From positions 256,001-320,000 of the forward strand of contig CALSNU010000006.1 of NCBI GenBank assembly GCA_943787795.1: DNA of 64,000 nt, read 5' to 3'. This stretch comes from an uncultured bacterium (GTDB lineage: Bacteria > Planctomycetota > UBA1135 > GCA-002686595). Of this stretch, positions 58,505 through 64,000 are shown one piece after another (within the stretch, counting starts at the first letter, position 1; every line of letters begins with the position of its first letter). The notes beneath the pieces were generated by a model. The model saw only the letters and a list, made by a program, of their open reading frames with translations, was not told the origin of the DNA and ran no database searches. The position numbers and the translations under genes were made by a program.

Positions 58505-58603
58505 GAATCGATGAGGCCCCGGGACGCCCGGGCCATCACTGGAGCCCTACCCCCGCATCGTCACCGCGGGGCCGGGATGGTTTTTGAACTGGAGGTGATC
58601 AGA

Positions 58604-58639
58604 ATGATGAGTGACGCTACCAAGGGAGCTCGCCGCTAG
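58604..58639 (+). CDS. putative 11-aa small ORF (MMSDATKGARR) within a candidate small RNA
   Basis: Extended SD GGAGGTGATC at 58591-58600, upstream promoter and downstream hairpin. Confidence 0.45.
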   Translation: MMSDATKGARR

Positions 58640-58680
58640 GCGTATGCCCGACGGGTGCGTACCCGCGTGCGTGTTCCCGA

Positions 58681-58717
58681 ATCAACAAAGAGCCCGGCCG
58701 TCTAGACGGCCGGGCTC
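58681..58717 (-). terminator. intrinsic terminator, possibly bidirectional
   Basis: Perfect 28-bp palindrome GAGCCCGGCCGTCTAGACGGCCGGGCTC (58690-58717); TTTGTTGAT follows on the minus strand. Confidence 0.75.
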
Positions 58718-58774
58718 ACTTCATTGGGAGGGAGAGCGGCCGGTCAGGGCCGCGCCTCTCCTGACGGTCCGCGC

Positions 58775-59704
58775 TCAGCGCTGGGCGTACCCGGCCGGCG
58801 CGAGTTCGTAGCCCACCTGCTGATCAGCGAGGCTCTGCGGCGCGAACTCCGCAGGGGCAGGCTGCTGCCGGACCTCACTGCGAATCTGCGAGGCAGCGAT
58901 CTCCAGGTAGTCCTGAGCCCTGGCCCCCGCCGCCAGCTGATCGAGCTCGGCCTCCTGCTCGGCGCGCTTGCGCTCCAGGGTCCCGGTGATGTGCTCGAAG
59001 CTCACGGCGTCGTAGCGACCGGCCTCATCCAGGGTCTGCTGTCGCTGACCGAGCATCTCGATCAGGCGCTCGTTCCGGGCGATGGACTCGACCTCGTTGT
59101 TGAGCTGCACCAGCTGCGCCTGGAACTGAGCGTGCTCACCTTCGAGCTCGTCCAGGAGCTCGACGAAGCGCTCCTCCTGGGTCCGCAGGTACTTCAGGTT
59201 GTGAGACGCGTCGGCAGACCGAGCCTCATGGGCGCTGCGGGTCCGCTCGATCTCGCGCATCTTCGCGTTGGCCCGGCGGAGGCTGATGACCTCATCCCCG
59301 AACTGCACCGCCGCGAGCTGGGCCCTGGGTGCCCCTGAAGCCGCCGCTTCATGGACCGCCGGAACCAGCAGGGCGAGATCGCGGTCGACCAGCGCGACGA
59401 CGCGTTGGGACACCGCGCGCTCCCGCTCGAGCCGCGCCACCTCCTCCTGGAGGGTGTGGAGATCACCGCGCACGGCGCGGATACGCTCGGGGTACTCCTT
59501 GGCCACCTCAGCGATCTGGCGGCGCATGGCCACGGGATCGTCGATGTTGTGGTCAAAGTGCAACTGAAGCTGACCTTGCACCTGATCGGCCATGGCGCCG
59601 ACGCGCTCGGGGCCAACCAGCATGGCGGTCCCGCCGACGACGGCCGCAGCGAGCGCGGTGCCGATGACGGCGGTGCGGAAGAGGGTCTTGAACAGGAATC
59701 GCAT
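58775..59704 (-). CDS. coiled-coil protein, PspA/IM30-like, with N-terminal hydrophobic segment
   Basis: IDDPVAMRRQI...LERE pattern resembling PspA EDP..L..; long heptad helices; start re-picked to ATG 59704. Confidence 0.6.
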   Translation of the reverse strand: MRFLFKTLFRTAVIGTALAAAVVGGTAMLVGPERVGAMADQVQGQLQLHFDHNIDDPVAMRRQIAEVAKEYPERIRAVRGDLHTLQEEVARLERERAVSQRVVALVDRDLALLVPAVHEAAASGAPRAQLAAVQFGDEVISLRRANAKMREIERTRSAHEARSADASHNLKYLRTQEERFVELLDELEGEHAQFQAQLVQLNNEVESIARNERLIEMLGQRQQTLDEAGRYDAVSFEHITGTLERKRAEQEAELDQLAAGARAQDYLEIAASQIRSEVRQQPAPAEFAPQSLADQQVGYELAPAGYAQR

Positions 59705-59953
59705 GAGAAGCAGGTTCGGTTGAGGGTCATAGCGCCGCCTGGCGCAGGAGGGGCAGGGGGCACGGGTGCGGCGCCTGCACCACCTTCTTGGCCATTCCGT
59801 GGCTGGCCTTTCACGATTCCCCCGGTCCGGCCCGTTTTTCTGTTCGGAGGCCCTGTGATGGAATGGAATGGACCTGGGAACGTACAGATCACGTCCCGAC
59901 CCCCCTGCCGTCCCCCCCCCTTCCTCGCGACGCTTCCCTACCACCCCGTCCCC

Positions 59954-60712
59954 TTGCACGACCTCACCACAGGATTCATCGGCCGACTTCGGTCACGGGA
60001 CGGAGACGCCTGGTTCGAGCTATGGGAGATCTTCGGTCCGGTCCTGCGCGCCCAGCTCGCCAGGTGGGGCCGCGGCCGCATCGGGTTCGAGACGGTGCAG
60101 GACCTCTCCCAGGACACGATGGTCGCCCTCTCCCGGGCCATTGACCAGCACGACCCCACGCGCGGCGCCCGATTCTCCACCTGGCTGCTGGCGATTGCCA
60201 AGTACACCCTGAGCGACGAGATGGACCGCCGCGGAGCCCTGAAGCGTGGGTCTGGGATCCGCCCCCTCGCCCTCGATGCCGAGGGGATGCGCGAGCCGGA
60301 CTCCGGGGACCTCCAGCCCGACGCCGCCTACGAGCTTGAGGTCTTCGATGCCAAGGTCGAGGCCGCGCTTCGTCGCCTCGAACGGGACTGCGACCTGATG
60401 GACTTCGAGACCTTCAGGATGCGGACCCTCGAGGGCCGCAGCGGGAAGGACGTGGCCGTGGCCCTGGGCACCAGCGAGCCCACCGTCAGCCGCCGGCTAG
60501 CCCGATCAAGAACTCGACTCCAGGACCTGCTGGCCGAGGTCTTTGCCACCTTCTCGTTCACCGAGGAGGAGATCGCAGAGCTAGAGCGAAACGGGATCGA
60601 GCGCTCTCCCAACAAGACGGAGGACGCGTCCTTTGACGAGTCCATCGCCGAGATCTACGCCCGCATCATGGCCCGTCGATCGACCCATGAAGCCCGTGGG
60701 GAGGATCGCTGA
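59954..60712 (+). CDS. ECF sigma factor (kinase-associated type) with C-terminal extension
   Basis: DAWFELW..FGP, TVQDLSQDT, RFSTWLLAIAK, SGKDVAVALGTSEPTVSRRLAR; TTG start chosen. Confidence 0.85.
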   Translation: MHDLTTGFIGRLRSRDGDAWFELWEIFGPVLRAQLARWGRGRIGFETVQDLSQDTMVALSRAIDQHDPTRGARFSTWLLAIAKYTLSDEMDRRGALKRGSGIRPLALDAEGMREPDSGDLQPDAAYELEVFDAKVEAALRRLERDCDLMDFETFRMRTLEGRSGKDVAVALGTSEPTVSRRLARSRTRLQDLLAEVFATFSFTEEEIAELERNGIERSPNKTEDASFDESIAEIYARIMARRSTHEARGEDR

Positions 60713-60744
60713 GGCGCACCCGAGGCCCTCCGACACGCCCCAAC

Positions 60745-63026
60745 ATGTCATTCTCCGTCCTGATCCTCTTCGCCCTGGCCATTGGCGTCGCGCTGATCCT
60801 CCCCGTGGTGGGGGTCTGGCTGGCGATCCAGCTGGTGCGGGGAATGACCTGGCTCGCCAGCAGCGTCGCTCTGGCCATTGGCATGGTGTTCCGCTTTGTC
60901 GGCGCCGTCATCACGGACTCGGCCCCGAGCCGTCGGACACCTGGTGACGGGCGTCTTCACGCTGCCCCTCATGCTGGCCAACGTTGCGCTCCTTCGCTTC
61001 CGCGCCGTCGGGCACTACTTCCGCGCCCTTGAGGACGCCTTCTACGGTCTCATCATCTGCGTGTACCGCGTGGCGATCGGACACCCGCTGCGGCTCATCG
61101 GGCTCGGGGCGCTGACCGAGAGCATCGAGGTCTCGGCCCCCACGCTCTTCGCGGAGGAGCCCCGGACGGCACCCGCCGTCCCGAAGGTCCGGAGCAAGGG
61201 CGTCTCGAACGATCCCGCGCGGTTCGACGGATACAAGATCGAGGAAGAGCTCCGCGCCGGCGGCTCGGGCGCGAGGCTCTTCCTCGCTCACCCGACCCGT
61301 GCCAAGGTGAACGAGCTGGCCGCCCGCGGCGTCGAGATCCCCGGGCAGGTTGTGATCAAGGCCTTCGATCGACGCTTCGGCTCGACGGTGCCCCAGATTG
61401 TCCGTGAGAGCCGCGCCCTCGAGGCCGCCCGGGGCCTGGGCCTCGTGGTCGAGCACTTGACGACCGAGGACGCATTCCACTACGTCATGCCGTTCGTCCC
61501 CGGGCATGACCTTGACGTGGAGACCAAGCGGCTGCACGAACACTCCACGGACGAGGGGCTCGGCCGCGACGAGCTCGACCTCGTCCTCGGTTATGCCCGG
61601 GACCTCTGCCATCACCTCACGCGCTTCCACGATGGCGGCCTCTGGCACAAGGACGTGAAGCCCTCGAACCTGCTGGTGTCAGAGGGCCGACTGAGGGTCG
61701 TCGACTTCGGACTCGTGACACCACTGGAGTCCGCGCTCACCCTCACCACCCACGGGACGGAGTTCTTCCGTGACCCCGAGCTCGTCCGCCTCGCCCTTGC
61801 GGGCAAGCGCGTCCAGGACGTGGACGGCGTCAAGTTCGACCTCTACAGCGCCGGCGCGGTCCTGTACTCCATGGTGGAGAACAGCTTCCCCGCCCACGGC
61901 TCTCTCTCGTCGATCAGCAAGGCTGCCCCGGAGGGACTGCGCTGGATCGTGCGTCGCTCAATGGCTGACGTGGACAAGCGCTACGCCACCGCCCACGAGA
62001 TGCTGCTCGATGTCGAGGCGCTGCAGACATCTCAAGATCCCTACAAGATGCCCCTCGGCGCGCTCCCTTCGGTCTCCGGAGACACGCCGTCACCGGCGGC
62101 GGCGTCCGCTCCTGACCAGGGCGCTGACGCGGGCGGGCCTGCCCGCCCAGCGCGCCGCGATGGAGCCCGCCGGATCGGATGTCCGCCGCTTCAAGGCCCT
62201 TGGTTTCACGGCGGAGATCACCGGCCTCGGCGCGGCCTCACGGAAGCTCACAGGAGTGCGCGAGACGCTCGCCGAGAAGCGCGCGAGCCTCGCGTCCAAG
62301 CGCCAGTCTGCCCACGACCAACGCCGTGAGGAGGCGCAGGCCAGGGCCGAGGCACGGTCCGAAGCCCGCGACGCCAGACGTCTCCGCCGCCGCGGCGCCT
62401 TGCGCGGCTTCGCCACGATCGCCGTGATGGCCGCGATCGTCGCGGGCCTGATGACGGCGAGTGACTCGGGCCCCCGCTGGGGAGGGGTCGCCGCTGACCA
62501 TGAAGGCCTCGCGGATGCCGTCGACGCCGCCGCGAGTGACGCCGCGCAGGTGAGCGTGGGCCGCGCCGGGTCCATGATGACGCTCCCAGAAGAGCACCGG
62601 GTCACGGCCGGATCCCGCATCCTGCTCTTCACGGATCCCGACGACCTCTCGCTCACCTCCCCCGCCATGGCCTACGCGGAGTCCCTGGAGGCCGACGACA
62701 TCATCCCCCTGGGGACGAGCGTCGAGGATGCCGAGGGGATCGCGCTGCTGTCCAACGCGCGGTACACCATGGAGACTGCAGGCCCAAGCGCGCGGGTGCA
62801 GCGCAACGCCCTGCAGAACCTGATCGTGGAGACCCAAGGACTGGACGGCATCCACTGCCTCGAGCGTGATGAGCAAGGCCGGCTGACGGTCCTTCTCCTG
62901 AATGGAGACCACGCGCTGTCCGCCCTTCTGCTGCCCGATCCCCAGCCTGCGCCCGCCCCCCTCCCGGGGCCCGAGACGCCGCCGGCTCCCGTCGCAGCGA
63001 AGATTGGCGTCACGGTGCCGCGCTGA
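60745..63026 (+). pseudogene. membrane Ser/Thr kinase split over three frames (two +1 frameshifts; pseudogene or sequencing error)
   Basis: Frame 1 has TM helices up to about 60925; frame 2 the kinase (GGSGA, VIK, HKDVKPSN, DFGL, HGTEFFRDPE); frame 3 a coiled coil, TM helix and extracytoplasmic domain from about 62140. Confidence 0.75.
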
Positions 63027-63070
63027 TCGCGCAGCGGTGCCTGTGTCGCGAGGAGACCACCTCGCAGCCC

Positions 63071-63129
63071 GGCGGAGCTGAGGACGCGGCGGACCTGAGG
63101 ACGCGGCGGACCTGAGGACGCGGCGGAGC
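63071..63129. repeat. 17-bp tandem repeat GGCGGA(C/G)CTGAGGACGC, 3.5 copies
   Basis: Read directly in the spacer between convergent genes. Confidence 0.9.
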
Positions 63130-63452
63130 ATGGGCCCAATGAAGGGGCCCCGCGCACGTGCGCAGGGCCCACGGGCTGTCCCGCTCACCAGAGGTGAGAG
63201 CGGCCCCTGCTGAAGGCCGCGACTCCAGGACGACCAAAGGCTCTCTCCAGCCATGGTCGACGTTGTCCGAGGACAACCGTGGAGCCGCTGTCGCTACGCG
63301 AGAGGGCTCCTGGCTTCCTTCCTAAAAGGTCATCGGGGAGGTCGGCGGCCGGCTGGACCAGCCCTCCTCAAAAATCTCCGACGACCCCACGGCAGCCTCG
63401 CAAGGGGTTCCGAGGCGGCGGAACGCCAACCGGGGGACGACCGGCTCCCCGG

Positions 63453-64000
63453 TCAGCGCCCGGCGGCCCCGGCGGGCACGGCGGGCACGCGGGCAATACG
63501 CGGCGGGGCCCCGTCCTGAGGGGTCAGCAGCAGGCCAAGGAGCGCGCCGTCCGTCCTCGAGAAGACCTGACCCCCGTGCCACCCCTCGGTGACAGGGGGC
63601 CCCCCGGCGACGACCATGGCCCCTCCGGGCCCCTCGTTGATCCGCGACGCGCCAATGGCAAGCGGAGAAGACCCTGGGGCCCCGAATACCAGGAGGTCTT
63701 CCGGCCCGGTGACCTCGCGCGAGAACACCACGGCCTTGGCGGCGAGGAGGCCCCAGTTGTCGCCGAAGGCCGCGGGCGCGATGCGGCGCAGGCCAGGGCC
63801 CAGGTCCATCACCAGCCCCTGCCCCTCGAGCTCGGCGAGACCGAAGCGCTGCCCAGCCACCTCGAGAATGGCGCTCTCGGGTGTCGCCCCGTCGGGGACG
63901 GTCAGGAGATCTCGTGGTCCGATGAGCCCCGCCTGGGTCGCGCAGAACCAACCGTCGCGGGCCTCGGTGGTCCGGAGGATCCGCCCCTCCTTCCACTTCA
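63453..64000 (-). CDS. 3' part of a hypothetical protein (degenerate trypsin-like C-terminus), truncated by the window edge
   Basis: Frame open from 64000 to TGA 63453; ends WHGG.V.SR.DG.LLGLL. Confidence 0.55.
   Translation of the reverse strand, partial: KWKEGRILRTTEARDGWFCATQAGLIGPRDLLTVPDGATPESAILEVAGQRFGLAELEGQGLVMDLGPGLRRIAPAAFGDNWGLLAAKAVVFSREVTGPEDLLVFGAPGSSPLAIGASRINEGPGGAMVVAGGPPVTEGWHGGQVFSRTDGALLGLLLTPQDGAPPRIARVPAVPAGAAGR

Noticed and set aside
58591..58600. 16S rRNA fragment (GATCACCTCC on the minus strand)
   Set aside because: The match is only 10 nt and the flanks do not resemble rRNA; treated as an SD/anti-SD element
59351..59953. 453-aa ECF with a long N-terminal domain
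   Set aside because: The extension is the antisense of the coiled-coil gene plus intergenic DNA
62160..63026. Independent gene starting MEPAGSDV
   Set aside because: It would overlap the kinase ORF by 170 nt with no SD, and the kinase-frame tail there is low-complexity; a frameshifted single gene is simpler

Overview
Gene-dense, very GC-rich bacterial chromosomal segment with about 42 CDSs. It is most likely from a Planctomycetota lineage; this is an inference from the TIGR02999-type ECF sigma + Ser/Thr kinase pair, CRTAC1/ASPIC lipoprotein, double-length UvrA and sulfatase-like proteins. I recognised no rRNA, tRNA, CRISPR array, transposase, integrase or prophage. Housekeeping genes: tsaE, thiL, thiE-like, ahpC, suhB, dacB, galE, aroA, purC, mtnA, glyA, an M18 aminopeptidase and SUI1/yciH. 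Best candidate for an undescribed system: a translationally coupled minus-strand run of tandem-fused four-ATPase UvrA, an XPB/Ssl2 helicase and a partner carrying an XPB-N-terminal/p52-like domain, with no uvrB/uvrC in the window. Other notable items: a 1.4-kaa protein with a voltage-sensor-like S1-S4 module but no pore motif; a SUI1-DUF455 diiron-ATP-grasp operon; an unannotated promoter-SD-11-codon-ORF-hairpin unit at about 58.5-58.7 kb; a PspA-like/ECF/kinase locus whose kinase has two frameshifts; a Cys-rich signal-peptidase-like protein lacking the catalytic dyad; and several apparently leaderless genes. All product calls come from reading motifs by eye, with no database searches. Start codons were re-picked where the ORF track extends into neighbouring genes.
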